Below are positions 1-13,661 of a stretch of DNA of 64,000 nucleotides, one piece after another. The stretch's first letter is position 1, and each line of letters opens with the position of its first letter. This DNA is from Cetorhinus maximus (Eukaryota). The notes under the pieces are model-generated. The model made no database searches and had not been told where the DNA came from. It was given only the letters and a program-made list of their open reading frames with translations. Position numbers and translations under genes: made by a program. The stretch lies in NCBI RefSeq assembly GCF_964194155.1, contig NC_135893.1:58404001-58468000 (forward strand), read 5' to 3'.

Positions 1-1142
1 TACCAGTGAATGCATGTGGAGTTCTGCAGGTATACAAATCTTCCACCCCTAAAATGAAGATGTGTTTCCTGTGCACATAGTAACACTGGGTTTAAATTCA
101 GATGATCTAGAGAGGTCTACAAACCAGGAGGACAAGTACAGTAAGTTAAGGCAATGTAAATACAATGAGTGGTAACTGGTATCTGTATTTTTTGCTCCTA
201 ATGGCATAAACATCCACTAATATGACTAGCACTTGTCTCTCCCTACAGATTAGCCAAGACGCAGCAACAAAAAACAATTTCACAAAGGTTTACAGTCTGT
301 GTTCAAACAAATGACCACCCATATACACCCTTTCCAACATCTGGTCTTAAGAGAACATAGTTTATTGTATTTAGTGGTTTACATTTACATGGTCAATGCT
401 AAGCTATGCAAGGGTCAATACAACACGGGATTGGCATACATGTATTCAATTCATGGTTATTTGACTGTAGACATTGCTATAAAATTCAGGAAAAACTTAC
501 ACACAAGATTTATACTTTCAATAACAACAGAGGTAGCTTTTATTTCTTGGCTGTATTGCTGAGATAACAGTCTTTATGCTTACAGCCATACACAGATTTG
601 ACGGTGCTAAAGGCAAGAACCTTCATACCAATCACTGTATCCAGTGATCTGGGCTTTTTTCATTCTTCTATCGCCTTCTTTACTAGCGAGATGTTCAAAG
701 CCAACAAAGGTGAAATAACCCATTTAGCATTCACCACACCCCAGATTAACAAAAAGACAATTAGCTAAGGTTTAATCTTGCTGTTATTTTCAAAGCTGAC
801 TGGGGTAGACGAGCATTATGGTAACTAGGTGAGGCTGTCGAGGGACTCCCCTTTCATCTTCCCCATATCACTCACTCTTTACAGGATATTCAGTATATAT
901 TGTTTCAAGTTACTAACATTTTACACAAATTACAATACTTTTCATGACAATATAAATGCATTTGAATATATGTAACATTATGCAAAATGATAATATACAA
1001 TGCATTAATGTAAATTTGCACTGGATAATGTATGGGACAATTACAGATTAGTGCAACATTTAATACAATTAAACTTTGCAATGAATTGAATTGGCAGGGA
1101 AAAAAAAAACACCACTAACAGCAAAAAAGAAACATTTTCTAC

Positions 1143-1187
1143 CTTTGTAAGCTGGGCCAGAGAGATAGATGTTCCAGAGTCATCAAT
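1143..1187 (-). CDS. RBBP6: RBBP6 coding exon 4; gene continues beyond the left edge
   Basis: ttaacag|ATT GAT GAC TCT GGA ACA TCT ATC TCT CTG GCC CAG CTT ACA AAG|gtag; 45 nt; IDDSGTSISLAQLTK vs recalled human IDDSSASISLAQLTK. Confidence 0.95.
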
Positions 1188-3049
1188 CTGTTAACGGAAG
1201 AATTAAATACAGACATTCACATTTAAACCATGATAAGGCACATAGTTCAAACCCAAATAGACAGTCTGGTCATTACTCACATTTTAGTAACAAACTCACC
1301 TGAATAAGCATTTGTTTATAATGCGCATTGCTAATGTACATGCATTGAGTGTGTATGTGCTGGGATGGGAGAAAGTTTAAAAAATTCACACTACAATGAA
1401 ACCTTAATTATAACTTTTGGATTCAGACTGTATTTTAATAGGTGAACAGATGAATAAAGCAGAAGTGACTGCATACAGTTGCCACTGCAACACAGAACAG
1501 AACTGACTGACAAGGGGTTTGAAATATTTTGCAGAAAAGCTATATGAAGTGTGAGAGAAAAAAAAAGGGTTTAATATTCTACCCAAAGTATTGTTGTGGT
1601 TGGGAGGAAGGCAAAGTGTCAGCTCCATGTGCTGAGCACAATCTTTTGAGCTGCTTATGGTGTAGTGATGAAAATGGGGTTTAAGATATAGCAAGATCCA
1701 AAAATGCAATCCATAGATTAATAGTATTGCTTGGGGGGGCGGGGGGGTGTGATGACTTCATTCAGATAATTTTCAGTTAGTAAATTCAAATGCGTTGGGA
1801 ACATCAACTCTAACTTACAGAATCAGCAAGTATTGAATTGAGTTCTTTACACTTAAGACAGATCACAAAAGTGAGGCTGAAAGACGGTCGACATCTTGGA
1901 AAGGCATGAAGAACCAAGTAATCCACCCCTAGAAATCTTTATTGACAGTGGGAAACCGTATACAAGAATGTTGCCTACACAGTATGGCAGGTGCTCTTGA
2001 TGCAATCTATTTCCATTGTGCACCATGAAACAGACTAGTAGCAATGTCTCCTTCCTTCATTCCACATTTCAAATATAGTGAAACTTTTTCTGCCATGACA
2101 CGTTAACTCATGTGAACATAAAACAATAATAGTTGCTCTCTGAACTTAAAGAATAGATTAAGTCTACATGTATCGGCCTGTATATGTTGTTTCCTGCTAC
2201 TACGTTGCTCACCTCCTGGTACTATGCATTTCTAATTGCATGATTCAATACAAGTCAATGTTCTGTGGTCTTGCTCACAGATGGTGAGGGAATAGCATGT
2301 CCTTTAAATGTGTTAGTAGTAACAGATTGTGTGCGCCTAAATTGCCTTCTCAGGAATCGACAAGAACAGGTATTTTTGTAATCAATTGTGTTCTTTTGGA
2401 GTGGCAGCACTAACTGTGGATCAAGAACAGAAGTCGTTACAGCATTGCCGACTTAAACTAAAAATGAAATTAGAGGCTGGGACTTAATTGGACCATGTCA
2501 AAAGGACTGGGCATAATTCACCCTGCTCATGCACTTGACCCTTACTTGATTTGATATGATGCATAACAGCAAAATTCGGAAATTTGTGAAGCAGCAAAGT
2601 AGAATTGATTGCAGCACAGAAGTTTCATTGCAGTACAGGCTGAGGGAACCTGGGAGGCATAAAACAGGTCCTTCAGTGTCAACACTGGCAGGAAGGTGTA
2701 GTGTGACATGCATCAATCTCCTGTTGAAGTGCACACACAAAACCAAGATCACATGCAGTTGTGTGTTTGGGTGGGGATCAGGTAGGAGGGATAATTGGAC
2801 CAGGAGACAGTTAATATTCAGTCCCTATTTTGAATATGTTCTCTTTCATATATTCTGTTGTTAAATTTTTTATTATGTGGAAAAGCTTAGTGCCATTTTC
2901 AAAGTAGAGTTGGTTTGGCTATCTACAATATAGGTAGAGGAGCTGGGAAGGCAAAACTAATGTACTACAGTGCAACCACTGGCAAGAGAGCATATAGATA
3001 TGACAAGTTGAGATATATAGTTTCTTTTGTATATATGGACACAGAAATC

Positions 3050-4770
3050 AATAAATAGAATTACTGAATGGTTACAGCACAGGAGGATGACATTCGACCC
3101 TTCACATCTGTGCTAATTCTCAAGAGCAACCGTTAGCCCCACTTCCTCGCCCTTCCCCTCTATACCTTGTACATTTTCTCGCTGTAGGTACATATCCAAT
3201 TTCCTTTTGAAATGCACACTAGAATCTGCCTTCATTACACTCGGACAGTGCATTCCAGATGCTAACCACTTGCTGTGCAAGAGATTTTCCTTATGTCACT
3301 GCTGGTCTTTTGCCATTCACCTTAAATCAGTGTCCTCTGGTCCTTGACTTTTCCAACAACAAGAATAGTTTTTATCTCAACCCTGATGATTTTGAAAACC
3401 TCTATCAAATCTCATCTCAACTTTGTCCCTAAGGAGAAAAACTCTAGCTTCTCCAATTTATTCTCATAACTAGAAGTCCCTCATCCCTGGAACCATTTTT
3501 GTAAATCTTTTCCGCATTTGCTGTAAAACCTTCACATCCCTCCTAAAGTGCAGTGCAGGTAAGGCTGAACCAGTCTTTTATAAAGGTCCATCAGAACTTA
3601 CTATCTTTTACACGCTACACCTTGGTTTATAAAGCGCAGGGTCCCATTTGTCTTTCTCAACCTGCCCTGCCACCTTTAACAATTTGTGCACATATATCCC
3701 AGATCCGGGTTCCTGCAGCCCTGTAGAATTGTGCTCTATTTTACATTGCCTCTTCCATCCCATTCTTCCTACCAAAAATATATATAGTGGAGAGGGTAGC
3801 TGTTGTCTCCAGAATGATATCAATGGTTTGGTTGAATGGGTGGAAAAGTGGCAAATGGAATTCAATCCAGAAAAGTGCAAGGTAATCCATTTGGAGAGGT
3901 TAGGTTAATTTGGTTAAAAAATGAAGTGTGGTTAAAAAAGAAAACGTGGTTAAAAATTATGTGGTTAGGCCACAGCTGGAATTGTGTGTGCAGTTCTAGT
4001 CACATTACAGGAAGGACATAATTGCTTTGGGGAGAGTACAGAGGAAATTTACAAGAATGTTGCCAGGGCTGGAAAATTGCAGCTACGAGGAAAGACTGGT
4101 TAGACTAGGGTTGTTTTCCTTTGAACAGAGGAAGTGGGGAGGTGACCTAATTGAGCTGGACAGAATTATGAGCGACCCTAGAAAAGGTAGACAGGAAAGA
4201 TCTGTTTCCCGGGAGGTCAATTACCAGGAGGCATAGATTAAAGGTGATTGGTAGAAGGGTTAGAGGAGGCATGAGGACTTTTTCACCCAGAGGGTAGCGG
4301 ATGTTTGGAATTCACGGCCTAAATCGGTTGAAATGCTCAACTCATTTAAAGGGTACCTGGTTCTGTACCTGAAGTGCTGTAACCTGCATGGCTACAGACT
4401 AGGTGCTGAAAGGTGGGATTAAAAATGAGTGGCTACCTACTTTTTTTGGCCGGCGCAGACACAATGGGCTGAATGGCCTCTATGGTTCTATATAATCACT
4501 TCACAATTCTCTGCATTAAATTTCAGCTGCCACCTGACCAGCCATTGCACTGGCCTGTCTGTTCTTTCAAAATCTATCACTATCCTCTTCAATACAAAAT
4601 ACTTCCAAGTTTTGTCTCATCAGCAAATTTTGAAAATGTGTCCTGTACACCAATGTCTAGGCCTTTGATATGCATCAATTGCATTCCTTCCACCTGCCCG
4701 AAAAAAAGCATTCACCATTATCCTGTTTCTTGTCATTCAGCCAAATTTTTATCTAATCTACCACTATTCG
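3050..4770. mobile_element. Nested CR1 fragments: a + strand CR1 (~3785-4495) inserted into a - strand CR1 (~3050-3780, resuming ~4495-4770)
   Basis: ORF fragments WVEKWQMEFNPEKCKVIH and RVQRKFTRMLPGLENCSYEERL on +; the CR1 3' end on - resumes after the insert. Confidence 0.85.
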
Positions 4771-5164
4771 TGTAAAGGTTAACAGGATATGCTCATGTAA
4801 GATACATATGCCTTTATTATGGAAAGGAAATGTTAACCCATTCTCCAAACTTACATCTATGACCATGGGAACATTTTTGAAGAAGACTGATTTTTGCATT
4901 TAATTGTGAACTTCATTTGTATAAATTAAAAGTTGGACTTCATTTTAAACTTAATTTAGATCAATGCCTCATTAATTCCTGCAACAGGAGTACCGAAGGT
5001 TTTGGTCTCTGTTAACCACAAAGGTACATAGAAGAGTTTCAAGGGTCTTTATAAGATAAACTTTAATTTACTTTCCCATTGATTTGTACACATATTTGGC
5101 CTTGGTGATTTGAAGAAATCTTAGCATCTTAATATAGTAATGATTCCCAAAGAATTAAATGAAA

Positions 5165-5595
5165 GCACAGTGAAGATGCATCAGTGTGTTACCTAGACAA
5201 TTATGTAGAGAAACTGGAGGTAAATCATTTTTCCCTGGACCTCAGAAACCTAAGGGGTGATTTGGTAGAGTACATCAAGACAATGAATAATAAATAAGTA
5301 AATAGAGAGTCATTGTTTGCATGTGTCAGAAAGATGGTAACAAGAGGGAACGAATTTTTATCAAGTTAGAATAATTTACATATAGGGAAGGTGGAATGTG
5401 GAATACTCTGCCATCAGCCATTGCTGCAACAAACTCTATAAATTCTCTTAGAAGGGATTTAGATAGTTGCTTGAAAAAAAGATATGCAGAGCAAGGAAAG
5501 TGGATTTGGACGAACTGCCTCATATGGAGAATTATTCCATAGAAGGCTTAATGGTCAGAATGGGTCGTTTCAGTGCGGCCAAATTCTATGATTCT
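5165..5595 (+). mobile_element. Degraded CR1 3' fragment
   Basis: aggggtgatttggtagag (RGDL.E), gtggaatactctgcca, 3' tail ttctatgattct. Confidence 0.7.
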
Positions 5596-7502
5596 GCTTT
5601 TAAAATATTGAACTGTGAATACACCCAACTGAAGTTTAAGATTTGGCAAATATGAGGGTTGACAATTTCCCCACTCCCCAAAAACACATTTTTTTGAACC
5701 AGGACATATTTAAAGCAGTTAAAACCAGCCTGGGCCTAAATAGTATAATATATATAGTACACACAGACACAAAGTTAGCTTATTAGCCTGGCGATTTATC
5801 CTGTCACTTCCACATTGCAAAATGATTCTGGATCCATTGATGCATATGTAGTAAAAGGCATTTTAGACTCCTCTTCTGTGCAATTCTATTTCACTCAAAG
5901 GGAGAGAGAGAGTTGATAACTGGCTGTTGGATCCCGTTATTCACAACACACAACTCCCCAAGTGCCATGACAATGTCGACAGACAAGTAATTAAGCAAGC
6001 ATATACTGTACAGGAATTCTAGATGAAAGCCTCTTCCCCTCTGTTGGACTTAAACAAGCTTTATATTTAGACACTGCAAGCATGCTTTATTGGATTTAAG
6101 TTAATTCCCTCATTGGGCTCGATTTAGTGTTACATTCATGGTATTCAAGGACAAAGTGAAGCACAGATCTGCTTATGTTATGGAATGTTTTTGATGCAAT
6201 GTTGCAACAACTCCACTCCAAGTGATGTCTTCACAAGCAGTGGTATATTTTAAACTTTTGTTACTCCTCAGGTTGGCCAATGATGCTCTAGTTAGTTGTA
6301 ATAAAAAAGGGCCACATACCCTCATCAATTTTCCAAATTTGAGCACTATTTCCTAATTTACACGATTCTCTGAGATTAACAAATACATAGAAAGTAAGTA
6401 CTGAGGGCTCGCATATGTAACAGCAGGATTGAGTATCTTGCTGGGACAACACGGAGGGAGTTTCATTCTGCATCTGATCTATATTTCAAACTATGCTGAG
6501 TACACAATGTTAATATGGTGTAAAATACATTGCATTGCTCATCTAAAGTGAACAGAATTATCCAACTGTGACACAACCACCTCATCCACCTCCACAAAAT
6601 ACTATCCAACCTCTAAATAGATAAATAAATCTGATCACCACCTACAACTCAAGTGTTAACAATACTACAAGACTTGTTTATATCTCTGGCTAGTGCTCCT
6701 ATCCAGCATTAGCAACGATGTAATAAAACTGTTAATTAGCACAAACTCTATGTATTGGAACCTAAATATTTAAAGAGCATCACTGAACTCAATAAAAAGC
6801 TGCTTATGGTCCAATATTTGCATAGTTTCAGTATCAAAAACAGCCCTAATGGTCACCTGCTAGATTGTGCCCGCAGAAAAATTATATTGAATTGGGAGAT
6901 CATTAAGGCAAAGTATTAGATGAGGGAGAGTTATATTCTATACAGCAAATAGTTTTACTTGAGCTACTTTCACACAATGTGCTGCCCAATCTTAGTAGAT
7001 TCTGATATACAGGGTTTGTGAAACTGGCTACAATCTGGAAGTGATGTTTTTGGAATTTTCTAAAGCAGCAGCGGGCAGACCTGACAGAAATAAACCAGGC
7101 AACTAATGCCAACATGTTTACACACTTGTTGCCAGCTGCCTGAAATTGGTGTGCTGGGGACTGCTACTGTCAGCATGGTTACAAAAGCAACCTTGAGTGT
7201 CAACATGAGAGAGAAAAATTTATTTAAAATTATACATGAAAATGCTGGTAGTAGCCAAGTTTAAACTGTGACAAGACAAAACCAGCAGTCTTTTTATAAA
7301 AAGGGAGCAAGCATGACTGATGTAGGAAACAGAAGAGTCACAGTTACTGTGGAATATTCAGGAATTGGGAGTTAACCACACGAAGAATAATGGCATTACA
7401 TTTGCAAAAAAAAGTCAGATAAACTATATTCTTTTATAAAAAGATTTATTTAGGTGGACTGAGCAAGAGGGATCTTAACATAGCTAAACTGCAAGGGCAA
7501 GC

Positions 7503-7595
7503 TCTGAAGAGTCATACGGACTCGAAACGTTAACTCTGTTTCTCTCTCCACACATGCTGTCAGACCTGAGTTTTTCCAGCATTTTCTGTTTTTAA
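7503..7595 (+). mobile_element. Short Penelope-like terminus
   Basis: tgaagagtcatacggactcgaaacgttaactctgtttctctctccac...; same family as 49.3 kb and 51.0 kb. Further diverged termini at ~14865-15000, 31255-31335, 53075-53190 and 63365-63620. Confidence 0.8.
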
Positions 7596-9144
7596 TACAA
7601 ATTGTTGCATTGGCCATAGGTGAGATTCGCCTCACCTCGAAACTGTTGAACACAAAGCACAAGTACTGTACTCAGGCTTCTTCAAAGAGGAAAAAGTTCA
7701 CTGATTTTTGATAGAAAATCCTCCATTTAACTTGGAAGCCTTGCTGTCAGAAAACGATTTAGTGTAAAAGTCTGAAATAATTTCAAAACTTGCTCGTGAC
7801 CCAATGCATTTTGTGGTGCACATAAGCTGCTCTTATAACAATGTTTATTGCCAGTTCAATGATCTCCTAGATCTCTAAAAGCAGCCTAGAATCAACTTTT
7901 AAAAAGGTCCAAGGCTGATAATATGATTTTGGCAAATCAGTTATCTTTATAAACATCAACTGGCCATGTGGAGAAAACTACAAACTGTCCACAACTACCA
8001 ACCCCACCCCACCACAGACACAATGAGCTCCACTAAGTTCAAAAAGATGGCTCATGTTTTAAATATTTCCATGCTGTCTTGGTTTATTGCTGCCAGTGAG
8101 CAGTGGGTAAACTATTTACCCAGATGAGCATTGCTCAGAGACACATTTGTAAAACAGGGCAGCTTGAGATAAAATGCTTAATTACGTTGTAGCAGCTATT
8201 TTTGGGTCAGATGTGCAAGCATATTGGTAATTCTGTGTACTCACTATTCAAAATGGCCTCCATCCACTTCTCCATTACAGAGTAAACCACCAATTCCAGC
8301 AGACCAAAGTCTCGCTGAACTATATTAAGCCCTAATGCATTCCCTAGGATGCGGTCCCTCTACTAACAGCACTTAAGGCTTTCAAAATGCTCAATATTGA
8401 TTTTGCGTGCAGTGACTGGCTTGGAGAACTGCACAAGGCTGCAACATAACTGCCATCATTTACTATAAACAGCAAAACTAAACATTTTTGGTGCTTTCAC
8501 CTTTATACTGAATATGGACATGTCTGATAATTCACAGTAGATTTAGCCAAACAATCTGCAGCATTCCTATTATTGTAATATCATATATTGTGGATATGGA
8601 ATGCATTGGCTGCTACTACAAATCAGTTAAACATCTGGTCCATATAGATAAGGCTGCCAAGTGCTACTGGAGTGTCATCAAGACATGAGCTCCAGGATTA
8701 ACAGTCAAACACATCAAATTTAGCACATTCAATTTGAAACTGGTTTTGAAGCTTTGAGGTTAAATGAGGCAGCTCATTCTTAGTTGGCTAAAATTATTTC
8801 ATTTCTAACACTATCTAAAAATACCCCGATTTATCCAGCTACTTATAGTATCATCTAACCCCCAACAAGTCATTTAGCTATTTGGACCAACTTTGGCAAG
8901 TATACTGTCTCTATCTCAAATGTGATCAGAGGAAGAGGTTTCCTCTGATACATGGTATATAAACATTTAAAGTTTGCATACAATATAATAACCGAAAGGA
9001 ATGGTTTCAGGCCTCAATAATTTAATCTTCATGACCAATTGATAGCACAAGGGACCTAATTGCCCTGATAAAATCAATATCCTAAAGAGACTAAACAAGG
9101 TTTTGACAGCTAATGTTTCTGAGATGAACAAAGATGGCAGAATT

Positions 9145-9390
9145 CTGCCTGCAAAGAGTACATACAAGATGTTCACATTGAGATGAATGTAAAATGCCCC
9201 ATAGTACTAGTCAAAAGCAGGATACTTCCCTGGTGTTCTGGCCAACATAAAATTCTGTGGGACTGTGCGGTGTGCAAATTGGATCTTGCATTTACCCATG
9301 CATCAGTGACTATACTCCAAAATTAATTCACTGGATCTGAACAGTGAAGTGCTCCAAGAACTGAAAGTGTATATATAAACAATTTTTTCC
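9145..9390 (+). mobile_element. Deu-domain SINE-like fragment
   Basis: gtaaaatgccccatagtact...ccctggtgttctggccaacat...ctgtgggactgtgcggtgtgcaaattgg resembles the recalled DeuSINE core. Confidence 0.65.
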
Positions 9391-11264
9391 CTTTGAGAGA
9401 TTAAAAAAAATCTCAAGTGGTCGAGTATAAGGAGTTTCATATATTGACCAACTGTCTAGTAACTGATTAGTTATTACTGATAATCAACTGCCATTTCCAA
9501 ACACAGGCATCTTCAGATTCTGACAACTTAGCCTATGAAAATAGCATTGCCACACAGTGGAACACGAGAGCATCCAGTTCTGCACTATGAAGTGGTATGA
9601 TGTGGGCTTTGTGCATTGACGGCTAACGCTGCTGATTTGTCTGTCACAATCATATTGCTGTGGATAAACACTAAGCAGGTGCAGAGTACCCGTGCTACTC
9701 TTTTATACCACCTTACAGCCAATTAAAAATAGCATAAGGCAAACAATGGCTTGGGGGAGGTAAAATAGTAACAGGATACTTCAGGGGTTTAGATTAAGTG
9801 TCAAATTCCACCAGTTTTCTGAGCCACATTTTTAACACACCTAACTTTAAAAAAATATATAAAACATTCTGTTAATGACTGCTTAGTTTCAGGAAGTAAA
9901 TTGCCTGAAGTTGGTAGGAAACAGTTTTTGAACTATACGTGAATTAAAAGGTAATAAAGGGCGAGCAGGTGGATCTGGCATGAAACAAATTGGGTTTTAA
10001 ATAGATCAGGGCTTAAGTGGGGATTTGAAAACAACTCTTTCTTCCAATGAAACTCATCTATCTTTTCTGTTTATACCAAAAACATCCTACTTAGTATGCT
10101 TGTATATCCCATTACCACTGCTAAACACTGACCTCGCTTAGCTTTCCCTGCAGTCTGGTAACTAGGTCTGTAACCTCTTTCTCTTGCCTTCCCCTGCTGC
10201 CTCCGTAAGCAAAAGGATAAAACTTGACAAAACAGAATGAAGGAAAACTATGAATTCAAAAAACAGTAGAAAATGCAAATAAAGAGAAACAGGTCAAGAC
10301 AAAGTGGAAAACTGTTGCACAAATACAAATGATTTAAACATTGCTGAGCTGCAGTTACCGAATGTTAGCATTATGAATACAGGAATATAAAAGCAAGGGA
10401 AAGCCCTGATATACCCATAACTAAAGGAAGATAAATGCTCTCAGATTAAGGGAAGGTTGAGAAAAGTAAAGCACACCATTAATACCTTACTGCTACAAAA
10501 TAGCAAGTAGTCAGATATTAACTAGTTAACATTTCTTCATTACTGAGGGCTCGGTCAATAATTACAACACTAAGTTTAAACATTCAGTACAGTATTTCTT
10601 TGCAAGAAATAGTTTAAGCGCATCCATGAAATTAGTCAATCGTGGTGGTACAAGGGCAAGCTAATGAATCAAGTGAATTTATAGATTACAATCAAAGATT
10701 TTAACTACTGTGTACATTGTTATCCTAGACTTTTAATTTAAGTACAAGAGCTCCCCCACTGTAAACTTTCCCCAATGGTCAGTCCTTTCTTTGAAATAAC
10801 TGCCATCTTAGATTGTTACAAACTGCAAAAATCTGAATACAGTCTACACTTCAAATTATCTGATCAAATTTCCACTTGGTTGATTTACATTGCTTAGTAC
10901 AAAGCAAAGTAATAGTGTAAAAATACTTCCAATTATTAAGTGTATGCTTATTCCTGTATTTCTGGATGAGGATGCACCCAACACACTCCTAAGCATGGAA
11001 GTACAGTAACATGAAAGATCATTCCATCGCCATTCCTATCTTAAGAATAGGACTAACTGGAACAAATGTTCCAAACTCAAGATCAGAGGGCTTCCTATGT
11101 TCATTCTCAGTGATTTGAGTCACATACCAGAGCAACCTGTAACACTGTAGGTCTAACAGAGTAGTTTCAATGGTATTCCTGCATTTTTGTGCATTGTGCT
11201 AATGTTGTTAAAAATTAGCAGTTGGTTTTTCAGTAAGGTCGCCTAATGTTTAACTAAGCATTTA

Positions 11265-11560
11265 GGTCTCATCCTTTGGATAAGACATTAAGGTCACATT
11301 TACCTGGTCCAGTGGTTGAGGCAAATGCTTAAGACTGCATGACACAATTAAGAACAGGGAGCTCAGAGATCCTAAACAACAATCCTCCTTCAACCATCAA
11401 TAAAAAACTTGGCTCATTCATCTTAGTGCTGTTTGTAGGATGTTGTTATAAAATGGCTGTTGCACTTACATGTTCAACAGCGACTCCACTTCAAAACAAA
11501 CTCCTCCTGTGCAGCACTTTGAGACTTGACAAGAGAAACTACATAAATGCCAATATATCA
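11265..11560 (+). mobile_element. Deu-domain SINE-like fragment
   Basis: gctgtttgtaggatgttgttataaaatggctgttgc...actccacttcaaaa...cagcactttgagac. Confidence 0.6.
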
Positions 11561-13138
11561 TTTGTGAAGGTTCATCAAGAATCTATTTTTGTTTTGATAA
11601 GGTCACCTGCACTATTATTTTTGTGGCAGGAGGATTGAGAATATGGGGAACCCATGAAATCATCATGGTTCAACATCCTGGTGCATTTTTCTATTCACAC
11701 CTAGGGTGGAGACAAATTGGCCTGTATATGCAGTCACTGAATGGAGCTGATTCTGTTCATGTTTCTAAAGCTTACTTAAACTACCCCATCTTTCTTGATT
11801 TTTAAAAGAAACTTCTATATCCATAGCTTTTATCAGCCTGATTTTTACCATAATTTGGCTAGCAAATTTGGTGCATTAAAACACTGCCCCACTGTACCTT
11901 GGTGAAGGTCAAGGATGTGGCCAGAAAGCGTGGAAATCTCTTGACACACAACTTAGTACGGGACTCAGAAATCTCAGTGCAAGTTATGTGGAACTTACAC
12001 CATTCACTCTTCCCCACCACCCCCTGCCCCAGAGTGGAATTAATTTAACCCTTAGCTGTAAGTGTTCAACACCTATACATATATAGATTTACTTATACTT
12101 AAAGTGAATCGTAAGTAGGTACTAAGTACTTTTAAAACAGACAGCACATAACTAAGCCTAAAAAAAACAACAGCATTAGCTCTCAGCAAAGTAAGAGACA
12201 GAAAAGGTCTAATTTTATAATCTGGAATTTACCTGGTCTGTAATAGTAAATCTGCAATTTTTACTGTAAAGTACTCTAACACCTGATTTAACAAGGTAAA
12301 TGTCATGGCAGACACCAGCCCTGTCAACAGCCTCTTTCAGCTAAGTTGAAACTTACAAAAATGCAGAACAAGCCACAGAAGCAGTTTTATGGAGATTAGA
12401 GAATTGACTGGAAAGGTTTGCAAGCTGCTTTTCAAGTTTAAGTTTCCTAAATGCGTGGAGATTCAAAATCAAACCATACATTTAGTGTTGATATTAACTG
12501 GCTACATCCATTAATAAAGTAGACAACCAAATTCTTAGTGTGCCTCATTAGCACACTCAACATAATGAAAGTTTATTATTTTAGGATATATATTTTATTT
12601 GATAGGCTCAAACAAAAAGCATTCAACTTTTACTTCACAGGTAACACACAGAAGGGCAAAACAGCCAGAATTAAGCTTTAAATTGTCAAGTCAGGGGATT
12701 TCTGTGGTGTGCAAGTGAAAAATCATGTACATACGGTATGGAATAGTTTATTACCAATACAGACATAAAAATATACCAGTTTAAGTAGCACCACAAAAGC
12801 CTACTGACTTCCATTTATTTGCAAAGTTCTGTAGCCAGAAAAGGAAAATCAAGTAACAGAAGGATTGAATATTTCTGTTATTTAGTGATACTTGTCAAAT
12901 TTTAGTTTGTTTGAGCTCAAAGTTTAAAAAAAAGCGCTGTTATGGAAATGGATTATCGAGGAAGGAAGTGTTAAACTGCACAAATTCATCATCTGCTTTA
13001 TATCCATCAGGTACTAGAGTCTAATGTGGATTTTTCATGTGCCTTATCATAGTGTAAAGAAACCTGTTTCATAACTATTAAATCATAAAAAGTTGAGTGA
13101 TACAATGTGAAATGGAAGATAATACACTTCAAACATTC

Positions 13139-13144
13139 TTTATT
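13139..13144 (-). terminator. Intronic polyadenylation signal (AATAAA) for the short RBBP6 isoform
   Basis: AATAAA on minus strand about 440 nt after the read-through stop, preceded by at least seven UGUA motifs and followed by U-rich sequence. Confidence 0.65.
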
Positions 13145-13582
13145 TGAATAAACAGAATGCACATAGCCTATACACATGTAATACTAAATAAAGACAGACA
13201 TCACAGGAACACTTTCATGTTCACCATAGCAGACCATTGAACCACAAGCTCTGAAAATGATCATACACTGATCTGTACAACATTAAGTCATACAGAAATT
13301 AACTAGCATTTTCAATGTGAAATACAGTGCATTATGTTGCACCATTAGGTCACACATACAGATAATATGTGCATATACGGGCAATTATTTCTAAATATTA
13401 TCCATCAGTATTTTAAAATACTACGAATGCATTTTAGTAGGCATTACAGAACATACCCTGGTCAAATGTGTACCATGATAAACTTAAGTTTATGCATTGC
13501 TTTTAAATCTATTTAAAAATCATTAACATTATTGTCTAGTGGTTATCAATCATTTTAAAAATAGCAACTTAGATGTAACAAA

Positions 13583-13624
13583 TCAAGAAAAGAAAGGTTC
13601 AGATTGTATTTTTGTTTTACATAC
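13583..13624 (-). CDS. RBBP6: RBBP6 intron-3 read-through tail of the short DWNN-only isoform (VCKTKIQSEPFFS*)
   Basis: Reading through the exon-3 donor gives GTA TGT AAA ACA AAA ATA CAA TCT GAA CCT TTC TTT TCT TGA; resembles the recalled human isoform-3 tail VCKNTISHFF...; predicted 114-aa product. Confidence 0.75.
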   Translation of the reverse strand, partial: VCKTKIQSEPFFS

Positions 13625-13661
13625 TGCTTTCGATGTTCCACTTGCTGGTTCAGAACGATCT
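13625..13661 (-). CDS. RBBP6: RBBP6 coding exon 3
   Basis: gctttccag|A GAT CGT TCT GAA CCA GCA AGT GGA ACA TCG AAA GCA|gtatgt; 37 nt; (I)DRSEPASGTSKA vs recalled human ISRTEPAMATTKA; phase 2 to 0 fits neighbours. Confidence 0.93.

Noticed and set aside
1-1140. RBBP6 exon 5 (TANLAEANASEEDKIKAMM) and the 299-562 ORF
   Set aside because: No matching sequence found, so exon 5 should lie outside the window; the + strand ORF has no recognisable features.
12228-12250. Minus-strand ttacagACCAG|gtaaat, a possible micro-exon or recursive splice site in RBBP6 intron 3
   Set aside because: Weak pyrimidine tract and no supporting context.
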